Shown: positions 15,986 to 24,700 of the stretch, in pieces
Layout: each line of letters starts with the position of its first letter
Numbering within the stretch: position 1 is the stretch's first letter
Origin: Pleurocapsa sp. PCC 7327
GTDB lineage: Bacteria > Cyanobacteriota > Cyanobacteriia > Cyanobacteriales > Microcystaceae
Length of the DNA: 32,000 nucleotides
Direction of reading: 5' to 3'
Assembly (NCBI RefSeq): GCF_000317025.1
Contig: NC_019689.1
Coordinates: 3,208,024 to 3,240,023 of the forward strand
Translations under genes and position numbers: made by a program
Notes under the pieces: generated by a model
The model's database searches: none
What the model was told of the DNA's origin: nothing
The model's input: only the letters and a program-made list of their open reading frames with translations

Positions 15986-16320
15986 AGTTATTAGACCTAG
16001 CTCGGACTAATTACATAATGAAACCTCCTGCGGCTAAGCGATCTAAGCTCTTAACTTTTGTTTGTAGTCGTTTTCTTGACCGAGGTCTTTTCTGTCAGCC
16101 TTACCTATCTCTAAACGCGCCGAGCTTATGCAGCTATTAATCTGCATAGAGCAACAGAGCAAGTAAGATGGCATCGCATTTATGCTTATCCTCTCTGAAT
16201 TGACAGTTCTACAGCAAGCGCATAGAGCTTTTTTGCATATCCTTTACTCGTTTGGAGAGAAAGTCAAATAGCCGCTAACCAAATAGGACCTATTTTGCCA
16301 CAGCCGCCAATCTAGGACTA

Positions 16321-16341
16321 ATTGTGAATTGTGAATTGCGA
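16321..16341. repeat. Short heptamer tandem repeat (attgtga attgtga attgcga)
   Basis: Three tandem 7-mers in the intergenic region between dcm and the sigma-like operon. Confidence 0.6.
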
Positions 16342-16386
16342 ACCGACGCGGACTCTCACGAACTGGAGGAGCATCGGCGAATGGTA

Positions 16387-17643
16387 TCAGTAGTATCGTG
16401 TCGCTTGCGATAGTTTGAGCTGAAGTAGTCTTTCATCGCCCAACTTTTGCCGCAGAGTTGGCTTAAAGGGTGACGCATTAAGGGTGCGAATAATCTCTGC
16501 CGCCACAGCTTTGGCTAATAGTGGCGGTACGGAATTGCCAACCTGTCGAAATCCATGCCATTTGGTCGCATGAAATCTAAACCAGTCGGGATAGGAATGC
16601 AGCCGTGCTGCTTCTCTGACCGTAATACATCTTGGCGTAAATGGATGAATTGGTCTGGCAGAGGTAAAAGCCCCATTATACTTATTGGTTCCGGCTCTTA
16701 GCGTGTTACAAATCCCATCGGGATGCAGCTTGTGGAAACGACTGATCTTTTCGGTTTCGCCGTGACGAGTTTCTTGAAAGCGTTTAATCGTTTCAGCAGT
16801 GTGTCTGGTTCGTATGCTTGAGGAGAGAATTTGCAAATTATATTCGCGATCGTATGAATAATCATCTTCCAACTGTTTGATGCCGCGAAGGATGAGAGCA
16901 TAATGACTAGAACCCTTGCATTCAGCGATAACCCAGTCTTTTCTTAGTAATTCTGGATAATGTTCTACTTCAGGCAAATCTCCGATGGCATCCCACACTG
17001 TCGGGGCAGTGGGTAGATTGGATAATTTTTTATATTTGAAGTTATTTAACCGAACTGGTTGAGTGATTGGCTGAGGGTATTTGGGTAATTCAAAATCCTC
17101 TCTTGCTCCCAGGAGAAATAATCTTTCGCGAGCTTGTGGAACTCCGTAACAAGCGGCATTGAGAACTTGATAATTTTTTTGTACTTGGTAACCTTGAAGC
17201 TGAAATTCTTGTATCAAAGTTTCGAGGATTTTTTGTTGTTTTCCAACAGCCAATCCCCGTACATTTTCCATGACGAAAAATTTGGGTTTTAACTCCAAAA
17301 CTACTCTCAGAAACTGAAAGACAAGGGAGTTGCGCGGATCGTCAACTACTCGTTTGCCAATTAGTGAAAATCCTTGACAGGGAGGTCCTCCAAAAACTAC
17401 ATCGATATCGCGATCGCCAATTGCCGATTGATTTCTAATTTCTGCTCCCGTTATTTTAGTTATATCTCGACATAAAACAGTCCAGAAAGGAAAATTATAT
17501 TCATGAGTCGCGCAGTGAATCGGATCGATTTCTACAGCAGCAAGCACGTCAAATCCTGCCTGTTCAAAACCGAGAGTCATTCCCCCCGCACCTGCGAATA
17601 AGTCTACTGCAATAGGTCGCTCGCGATCGCTTTTCTTGACCAT
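16387..17643 (-). CDS. dcm: DNA (cytosine-5)-methyltransferase
   Basis: Motif I DLFAGAGGMTLGF, motif IV GGPPCQGFS, motif VI VMENVRGL, motif VIII QARERLFLLG, motif IX ITVREAARLHSYPDWF and motif X QVGNSVPP are all present. Confidence 0.92.
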   Translation of the reverse strand: MVKKSDRERPIAVDLFAGAGGMTLGFEQAGFDVLAAVEIDPIHCATHEYNFPFWTVLCRDITKITGAEIRNQSAIGDRDIDVVFGGPPCQGFSLIGKRVVDDPRNSLVFQFLRVVLELKPKFFVMENVRGLAVGKQQKILETLIQEFQLQGYQVQKNYQVLNAACYGVPQARERLFLLGAREDFELPKYPQPITQPVRLNNFKYKKLSNLPTAPTVWDAIGDLPEVEHYPELLRKDWVIAECKGSSHYALILRGIKQLEDDYSYDREYNLQILSSSIRTRHTAETIKRFQETRHGETEKISRFHKLHPDGICNTLRAGTNKYNGAFTSARPIHPFTPRCITVREAARLHSYPDWFRFHATKWHGFRQVGNSVPPLLAKAVAAEIIRTLNASPFKPTLRQKLGDERLLQLKLSQATRYY

Positions 17644-17664
17644 CCCGATTACTTAAGCACGCTC

Positions 17665-18459
17665 TTAAAATTCAACGATAACGGGAGCGTGATCGCTAGG
17701 CTGAGGAAGCTTTCTCGGTTCTACGTCAATCCTACAGCTAATCGCTCTTTCATAGAGTTGGGGGGTTAAATAATGATGGTCGATTCGCCATCCTCGGTTG
17801 CGTTGAAATCCTCCTTGGCGATAGTCCCACCAACTAAAATGTCCGCCTTCGGCAGTAAATTTGCGAAAAGCATCCTTTAAACCGATTGCTAGGACTTTCT
17901 GTAGCGCTTGGCGTTCGCGGGGAGAAGCCATGATATGATTTTCTTTTCCTTTTGGATCGTAAATATCTCTATCTTCTAAAGCAATATTGAAGTCTCCACA
18001 GACGCAAAGTTCCTCCGAGCTTTTTTCGCGCAGCGTTTTTAAATAGTCTTTTAGCACTTTAAGCCAACGCAGTTTATAGTCATATTTCTCGCTATCGACA
18101 GCGGCACCATTTGGCACGTATAAATTAACAATCCGAATCTCACCAATAACGCCAGTAATCACTCGCTTTTGCGAGTCAAAATCCAAATCTTCAGCTAGCA
18201 AATCGCCTAAAACAGGAGCAAAACCCGTACTTATTTGCGTTAATGGCTGTAGGCTAAAAATCGCTACCCCATTGTAAGATTTTTGCCCGGAGATATAGAG
18301 ATGATATCCAAGTTTTTCAAAACAATCTCTAGGAAAATCTGCATCAGTTACCTTTGTTTCTTGTAAACAAAGAACATCGACAGGATTGTTTTGTAGCCAA
18401 TCTACTACGTGCTGCTGGCGAGTGCGAATTGAATTAACATTCCAAGTGGCAATTTTCAT
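17665..18459 (-). CDS. xth: Exodeoxyribonuclease III (AP endonuclease)
   Basis: MKIATWNVNSIRTR...LCLQETK, NLYVPNG, CGDFNIA, WRIDH and SDHAPV are canonical ExoIII/EEP motifs. 264 aa. Confidence 0.92.
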   Translation of the reverse strand: MKIATWNVNSIRTRQQHVVDWLQNNPVDVLCLQETKVTDADFPRDCFEKLGYHLYISGQKSYNGVAIFSLQPLTQISTGFAPVLGDLLAEDLDFDSQKRVITGVIGEIRIVNLYVPNGAAVDSEKYDYKLRWLKVLKDYLKTLREKSSEELCVCGDFNIALEDRDIYDPKGKENHIMASPRERQALQKVLAIGLKDAFRKFTAEGGHFSWWDYRQGGFQRNRGWRIDHHYLTPQLYERAISCRIDVEPRKLPQPSDHAPVIVEF

Positions 18460-18598
18460 GGGTTATGGCTGCTAATTCGAGTAGAAATAGAAATCTTAGC
18501 ATTTTGATGCCTAAATTGAGCAAAATGAGGAGATTTATTTTAACAATTTAAGTATCCTACAAATTAAGAATAAAATCGTTCAAATCTATCGCTTAAAA

Positions 18599-19870
18599 TT
18601 GGAAGAAAGAACAAGCGAAACTTTCTTGACTAATCCTCTTAACATTATTGTCATCGGCGGCGGGGCTGCCGGATTTTTCGGGGCAATTACTTGTGCCGCT
18701 ACCCATCCCCATACCCAAGTAACGTTACTAGAAGCAGGGCACACTCCTTTAGCGAAGGTGCGAATTTCTGGTGGGGGAAGGTGTAATGTCACCCACCACT
18801 GTTTCGATCCCGCTCAATTAGTACGATTCTATCCTAGAGGAGAGAAAGAACTGCGAGGCGCTTTTAGTCGTTTTCAACCCAAAGATACCATCGCTTGGTT
18901 TGAGTCTCGCGGCGTTCGCTTAAAAACCGAGGCGGATGGCAGGATGTTTCCCGTGACAGATAATTCGGAAACAATTGTCAATTGCCTGATGGAAACGGCA
19001 AGACAAACGGGAGTCAAATTGCGCACCAAGGCAATGGTCAAATCTGTGAAGAAAAAATCGGATTCTCCCGCACAAAAAGGATTTGAGGTGGAGTTAAAAA
19101 CGGGAGAAATTTTAAAGTGCGATCGCTTGTTAATTGCAACGGGAAACAATCCGTTGGGCTATCGTTTTGCCAAAGAGTTAGGACACGCGATCGAACCTCC
19201 AGTTCCTTCTCTTTTTACATTCAATATTGACGATCCTCGCCTGCAAAATTTAGCTGGAGTTAGCGTTGAGAATGCTTGCGTGTATCTCGCGAATACCGGG
19301 AAAAATCGACTCGAACAAACGGGAGCATTATTAATTACCCATTGGGGACTTAGCGGTCCTGCGATTTTAAAATTATCTGCTTGGGGAGCGAGAGTTTTAT
19401 ACGAACATCGCTATCAAATGTCTTTGATAATTAATTGGGTTCCTACCCATAACCTAGAAACTTTACGAAAATACTTATTAGAACTTAAATCGAACAATCC
19501 CAAGCGTAAAATTTCCAGTTATTCTCCTTTACCGATTCCAAAACGCCTTTGGCAGAGATTCCTGACCTTTGTTGGCACCGATAGGCAAATGACTTGGGCA
19601 GAATTATCTAAGGAAGCTTTGAATAAATTAGTTCGAGAACTGGCACAAGGACAATATCAAATTCAAGGGAAAGGCGTTTTTAAAGAAGAATTCGTTACCT
19701 GCGGCGGCGTAAAGTTAAAGGAGGTCGATTTTAAAACGATGGAAAGCAAAATTTGTCCCGGACTTTATTTTGCAGGGGAGGTTCTCGACATCGATGGAAT
19801 TACGGGCGGATTTAATTTTCAAAGTGCTTGGACGACTGCTTGGCTAGCAGGTAATGCGATGGGGAAATAA
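18599..19870 (+). CDS. HI0933/BaiN-type NAD(P)/FAD-dependent oxidoreductase
   Basis: IIVIGGGAAGFFGAI dinucleotide-binding motif, GGGRCNVTH, WGLSGPAILKLS and FAGEVLDIDGITGGFNFQSAW are typical of this family. The start is TTG (18599 or 18626); no ATG is available. Confidence 0.85.
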   Translation: MEERTSETFLTNPLNIIVIGGGAAGFFGAITCAATHPHTQVTLLEAGHTPLAKVRISGGGRCNVTHHCFDPAQLVRFYPRGEKELRGAFSRFQPKDTIAWFESRGVRLKTEADGRMFPVTDNSETIVNCLMETARQTGVKLRTKAMVKSVKKKSDSPAQKGFEVELKTGEILKCDRLLIATGNNPLGYRFAKELGHAIEPPVPSLFTFNIDDPRLQNLAGVSVENACVYLANTGKNRLEQTGALLITHWGLSGPAILKLSAWGARVLYEHRYQMSLIINWVPTHNLETLRKYLLELKSNNPKRKISSYSPLPIPKRLWQRFLTFVGTDRQMTWAELSKEALNKLVRELAQGQYQIQGKGVFKEEFVTCGGVKLKEVDFKTMESKICPGLYFAGEVLDIDGITGGFNFQSAWTTAWLAGNAMGK

Positions 19871-19964
19871 TCTAGCGATCGCAGCATAAAATTGTTACTT
19901 ATCGCTCACAGTTGGGAATGCTTAGAACAAAGGTAATTATTTTCTTAGCTTCTCAGTAACAATA

Positions 19965-21224
19965 ATGATTCAGCTCAACTTTCTGAAGCCCGCCAAACAA
20001 AACAATACTGATGCAATAGAATCCTCATTCAAGAGTCAGTTAGAATCTGAAGATGTTTCTAATGATGCCTCCAATTCTATTGTTAAAACAGAAGTAAATA
20101 ACTTAACAAAGCCTCAGACTCAGCAATCGTCTTGGCTTACTTCACTTGAAGTAGTTGGCAGCGTTGCAATGCAAGCTGGCGGTGCGATTACTGGTGCTGC
20201 TGTCAGTGTTGGTGGGGCAGTTGGAAATACTGCTGTACAAGCTGGCGGTGCGATTACTGGTGCTGCTGTCAGTGTTAGCGGAAATATTGGAAATGCTGCT
20301 ATATCAGCTATAAATGGAATTGGATACTTGTTTGATATTGCAAGCAATAGTCCTCAAATTCGAGAGATTGCAAAAGTTTTTCAAGTTGATTGGTTAATTA
20401 ATGTTATAGAGAAAGTAGATATAGTCAAAGCCGAAACTGAAGTCAAAAAACTACAGCAAAAATATCCCGATGAAAAACCAAATGAGATTGCTCATCGCCT
20501 CATTGTAGACAAGGCAATGTATGCGGGAGGAATGGTAATAGCAAGCAGTTTACTACCTGGAGTTGCTGCTGCTATGTTTGCAGTCGATTTGGCTGCGACA
20601 ACTCTACTGCAAGCAGAAATGATTTATCAAATTGCCTGTGCTTATGGATTAGATTTAAAAGATCCAGCTAGAAAAGGTGAAGTTCTGACAATTTTTGGTC
20701 TGTCTCTTGGTGGCGGTCAGCTATTAAAAGCAGGGTTGGGTATATTGACAAATATTCCTGCTGCTGGTGCAGTTATTGGTTTGAGTACCAATGCCTTAAT
20801 GCTTTATGCTTTGGGATATGGTGCTTGTAGATTTTATGAAGCAAAGATAAATCCTTTAACTATAGAAGCTAACTTAATAGATATTCAAGCTAAGAGCGAA
20901 GAGTATCTCAAGAAAGCTATCTCGCAAGAAATTATTATAGATCAAATTTTGGTTCATATTCTTATAGCTGGAAATCCAGACAAAACGTGGGAAAGTATTT
21001 TTCCAGAACTAAAATCTTTCAATCTTAGTCCTATTTCATTAGAAACGATATCAAATAATATTAACTTACTTCCTTCTTTAGATACTTTACTCGATCGCCT
21101 CGATGAAGACTTTGCGGTTGTTCTACTATCAAAATGCCAAAACATTGCTCGGTTAGATGGTGTAATTACAGCAGAAGAAGCACAGATAATAGAGACAGTT
21201 AGAAAGAAATTTGAGATTAATTGA
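19965..21224 (+). CDS. Membrane protein with a Gly/Ala-rich duplicated segment, a DUF697/EcsC-like core and a TerB-like C-terminus
   Basis: The core IAHRLIVDKAMYAGGMVIASSLLPGVAAAMFAVDLAATTLLQAEMIYQIACAYGLDL...IPAAGAVIGLSTNALMLYALGYGACRFY fits the DUF697/EcsC pattern as recalled. The C-terminal IARLDGVITAEEAQIIETV is TerB-like. Confidence 0.5.
   Translation: MIQLNFLKPAKQNNTDAIESSFKSQLESEDVSNDASNSIVKTEVNNLTKPQTQQSSWLTSLEVVGSVAMQAGGAITGAAVSVGGAVGNTAVQAGGAITGAAVSVSGNIGNAAISAINGIGYLFDIASNSPQIREIAKVFQVDWLINVIEKVDIVKAETEVKKLQQKYPDEKPNEIAHRLIVDKAMYAGGMVIASSLLPGVAAAMFAVDLAATTLLQAEMIYQIACAYGLDLKDPARKGEVLTIFGLSLGGGQLLKAGLGILTNIPAAGAVIGLSTNALMLYALGYGACRFYEAKINPLTIEANLIDIQAKSEEYLKKAISQEIIIDQILVHILIAGNPDKTWESIFPELKSFNLSPISLETISNNINLLPSLDTLLDRLDEDFAVVLLSKCQNIARLDGVITAEEAQIIETVRKKFEIN
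20172..20276 (+). repeat. 66-bp tandem duplication inside the CDS (a 39-bp identical core at 20172-20210 and 20238-20276)
   Basis: caagctggcggtgcgattactggtgctgctgtcagtgtt occurs twice exactly, 66 bp apart. It encodes QAGGAITGAAVSV(G/S)G.(V/I)GN(T/A)A(V/I). Confidence 0.9.
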
Positions 21225-21252
21225 GCATACTTGCCAACGCTCAAAAAAGTTT

Positions 21253-21292
21253 TCCCCCGTGCAATTTCCGAAATTGGAAAACTGACGGGGGA
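21253..21292 (-). terminator. Probable intrinsic terminator of the HLIP gene, lying between convergent genes
   Basis: An 8-bp GC-rich stem tcccccgt/acggggga encloses an inner tttcc/ggaaa hairpin. On the minus strand it is followed by AAACTTTTTTGA. Confidence 0.5.
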
Positions 21293-21341
21293 TTGTGTAT
21301 ATCTCAAATCGATTCGGCTCGACTTAGCAAACTCAATTGGA

Positions 21342-21485
21342 TTACATTAAGCCCAATTGAGAGAGGATTCCTTGGCCAGTCAGCAGTTCGGTAAGCACGC
21401 CAATGGTGAAGCCCAGCATAGCTAGACGACCGTTCCAGCTTTCAGCAAAAGCGGTGAAACCAAATTTAGCCTCTTTGTTTTCCAT
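21342..21485 (-). CDS. hli: High-light-inducible protein (HLIP / small CAB-like protein), 47 aa
   Basis: Below the ORF-track size cut-off. Translation MENKEAKFGFTAFAESWNGRLAMLGFTIGVLTELLTGQGILSQLGLM carries the canonical HLIP chlorophyll-binding helix (AE.WNGR.AM.GF....E..TG). Confidence 0.9.
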   Translation of the reverse strand: MENKEAKFGFTAFAESWNGRLAMLGFTIGVLTELLTGQGILSQLGLM

Positions 21486-21532
21486 AAGTCGTAACCCCTA
21501 TAGATTAAGTGCAGTTGAAGTTCAGTCAAGTA

Positions 21533-21550
21533 TCTGTAATTAAATTTAAC
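21533..21550 (-). promoter_or_regulatory. HLR1-like direct repeat (candidate RpaB site) upstream of hli
   Basis: The minus strand reads GTTAAATT-TA-ATTACAGA, against the HLR1 consensus (G/T)TTACA(T/A)(T/A)-NN-(G/T)TTACA(T/A)(T/A). It has 3 mismatches and lies 48-65 nt upstream of the hli ATG. Confidence 0.3.
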
Positions 21551-21765
21551 TTATAATTTCTAACTTTGCAACATTTCTTTATGTTCTGGCAAGGCGATCG
21601 CGAAAGCCATTATCCTGTAAGTTTTGCTACAAATTACTACCGCAACTCTATTACCTCTCTGTCAAGACTCTAAAATAAAAGTGAACAGCGACCAGCGCTC
21701 GAACAGCTAATAACTGGTAACTGTTTTATGACCCCCATTCGAGGGAAATGCATTGAGGGGTAAAA

Positions 21766-24700
21766 ATGAACAATCGCGCTTGCGCTTCCCCGGTGACGAA
21801 GCATCCGATGGTTTTGGCGCTGCATACCGCCGTCCAGGGGAGAGCTAGATTTAAAGTTAGAGGACTTTATCGCTCAGACGAACTCAAAAAATATTTAGAG
21901 TCGCGCTTGTCAAGTAAAAAAGGGATTAATTTTGTATCGGCTCGTCCGGCAACGGGTCATATTATTGTCCGCTTCGATCCGGAATGTAGTTATAAAGCGA
22001 TCGCACAAGCGATTGAAAAGTTGGTATTAGACTACAGAAATCAGAAGGCAGAAGTCGGAAATCGGAATTCGGAATTCGGAATTCGGAAGCCGGAAGTTAA
22101 TATCCTCCTCCCAGTCTCCCCATCTCCTCGCCTTCCTGCCGAACCATGGCATCTCAAAGACGCAGGAGCGATCGTAGCTGAATTGGAAACCTCGGCGGAA
22201 GTGGGATTAGCGAGCCGAGCAGCTAGAGAAAAACTGCAACGATACGGAGCCAACGTCCTATCAGAAACGCCCCCTCGCTCCGGGCTAAGCATTTTGCTCG
22301 ACTACTTCAAATCCGTACCCGTTGCCTTGCTTGCGGCTGCGGCGGGGCTTTCCCTGGTTACAGGGGGCGTAGCAGACGCAGTCGTCATCATGGGGGTAGT
22401 AGCCCTAAATGCTGCTCTCGGTTACGCCACAGAAAGCCAATCGGAACGAATTATCCATTCTCTCAAGCACCTGGTCAAACCTTCTGCCTTTGTTATCAGA
22501 GATGGCAATTTAGTCGAAATTAGCGCCCAAGAAATCGTTCCAGGAGATATTTTGGTTCTCAAACCGGGCAGCTACGTACCAGCAGACGCAAGGCTGATCG
22601 AAGCCGACCGTCTCAGCGTTGATGAGTCTGCCTTAACGGGCGAGAGCATCCCCGTAACGAAAACACCTGAAACCCTCGCCCGTCCGGACGCTCCCCTCGC
22701 CGAACGCACCAATATGGTCTATATGGGGACGATCGTTACGGGAGGGCAAGGGCTAGCCGTAGTCGTTGCCACGGGACAAAATACAGAGATGGGAACGATT
22801 CAAACCCTGGTAGGCGAGACCATCGTCCCGCAAACCCCCATGGAAAAACAACTCGATCGCGCGGGAAGTCAACTCGTCCTGGCATCGAGCGCAGTTTGCG
22901 GCATCGTTTTTGGGATCGGTTTATTGCGCGGCTACGGCACTCTCCAGATGCTCAAGACATCCATCTCTCTGGCAGTAGCTGCGGTTCCCGAAGGATTGCC
23001 AACGGTTGCCACGACAACTTTAGCGCTCGGCATCAACAATATGAGGAAGCATCACGTCCTCATCCGCCGCCTCGATGCAGTAGAAGCCCTGGGTTCCATT
23101 CAGACCATCTGCCTGGATAAGACGGGGACGATCACGACCAATCAAATGTCAGTCGTAGAACTGTACGTGGATGGACAATCCATTCAGCGCTCCGATGGAA
23201 AATTCCTGGTGGGAGAAGAAGAGATCGACCCCTACACTAGCGACAACCTGACAAAACTGATGCTGGTTTCAGTTCTGTGCAACGATAGCGAGGCGAACTC
23301 GGATGAGAATGGATTTTACGTTCTCAATGGCTCGTCAACTGAAAACGCCCTGCTCCAGATGGCAATTGATGCCGGGACGAACGCGATCTCGCTCAGGGAA
23401 AAATATCCGCGTCTGGAAACCAGCCACCGCTCCGAAAACCACAATTTCATGACCACCGTTCACCTCAACGAACATCATAAATTTATTGCCGTCAAGGGAA
23501 ATCCGACAGAAGTCATCGATCTGTGTAGCTGGCAGATTAAGAATGGGAAAAAAGTTCCTCTAAGCGAAGCAGACAAGTTGTCGATCGAGGCAGAAAACGA
23601 GCGCATGGCGGGCAAGGCGCTCAGAGTGTTGGCAGCCGCTTACATGGAAACCGATCTAGAAGATAACAACGGCAATCTTCCAGAAGATCTAATTTGGTTG
23701 GGACTGATCGGCATGGCAGATCCGATCCGGCATGGCGTCAAAGACTTGATGGGCAACTTCCATCAGGCAGGCATCGATACGATCATGATCACTGGCGATC
23801 AAAGTCCCACTGCCTACGCCATCGGCAAAGAATTGAATCTGAGTCGGGGCGAGCAACTACAAATCCTAGATTCAACCCACCTCATTGAAATCGATCCCGA
23901 AGTCACGAAGGGACTGTGCCAGCGAGTCCACGTCTTTGCCCGGATCAGTCCTTCTCATAAACTGCAAGTCGTTCAGGCATTGCAACAAGCTGGAAGAGTC
24001 GTTGCCATGACGGGAGATGGAATCAATGACGCTCCGGCGCTCAAGGCAGCCGAAGTCGGAATTGCCATGGGGCATACGGGAACTGATGTCGCCCGCGAAG
24101 TAGCCGATGTGGTGATAGAGGATGACAACCTCGAAACCATGATTATTGCCGTCAGTCAGGGACGGACTATCTACAACAACATCAGAAAATCGGTTCACTT
24201 CCTGCTCTCCACCAACACCAGCGAGATTCTGGTCATGCTTTTTGCCACGGTAGGGGGTCTGGGTCAGCCTCTCAATGCCATGCAACTTCTTTGGCTCAAC
24301 CTAGTGACCGATATTTTCCCCGGTCTCGGTCTTGCCCTGGAGCAGCCAGAACCCGACGTACTCAGCCAGCCTCCTCGTCCCCCCGAAGAACCAATCCTCA
24401 AGCAATCTGACTTTAAGCGCATTACCGCAGAGTCAGTTACTTTATCAGCTAGCGTTTTGGGTTCCTATATATACGGCATCCTACGCTATGGCATCGGATC
24501 CCAGGCAAGCACGATCGCGTTTATGAGCATGGTTGCAGCGCAACTCATGCACGCCCTGAGCTGCCGTTCTGAAAAACACCGTGTTTGGAGCAAAACCAAA
24601 CTGCCGCCGAATCGATATTTAGGTGCCGCTCTAGGAGGGTCGTTCGCGCTACAGAGCCTGTGCTTTATAATTCCGGGTTTGAGGAGTCTGTTGAAGCTTG

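Noticed and set aside
16127-16148. The inverted repeat tatgcag-ctattaat-ctgcata lies about 145 nt upstream of the sigma-like operon and looked like a possible operator.
   Set aside because: A 7-bp stem with a free loop length is expected about 10-15 times by chance in this window, and nothing else supports it.
16387-18459. The idea that dcm plus the adjacent nuclease gene form a restriction-modification pair.
   Set aside because: The neighbour is a canonical ExoIII/AP endonuclease (housekeeping DNA repair), not a restriction enzyme.
20954-21307. A 117-aa minus-strand ORF overlapping the 3' end of the gene at 19965-21224 and the terminator hairpin.
   Set aside because: It overlaps a better-supported CDS and runs through the terminator structure. 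No motifs were recognised.
21628-21640. The exact 13-mer tacaaattactac is shared by two intergenic regions (21628-21640 and 29778-29790). I first read it as a shared regulatory box.
   Set aside because: With about 1e9 position pairs (both orientations) in 32 kb and 4^13 possible 13-mers, about 15 such matches are expected by chance, and more in AT-rich DNA. It is not significant on its own.
16321-22096. The tandem repeats at 16321-16341, 20172-20276 and 22055-22096 as possible CRISPR arrays.
   Set aside because: The repeat units are 7 bp, or a single 66-bp duplication inside a CDS. There is no repeat-spacer architecture and no cas genes.
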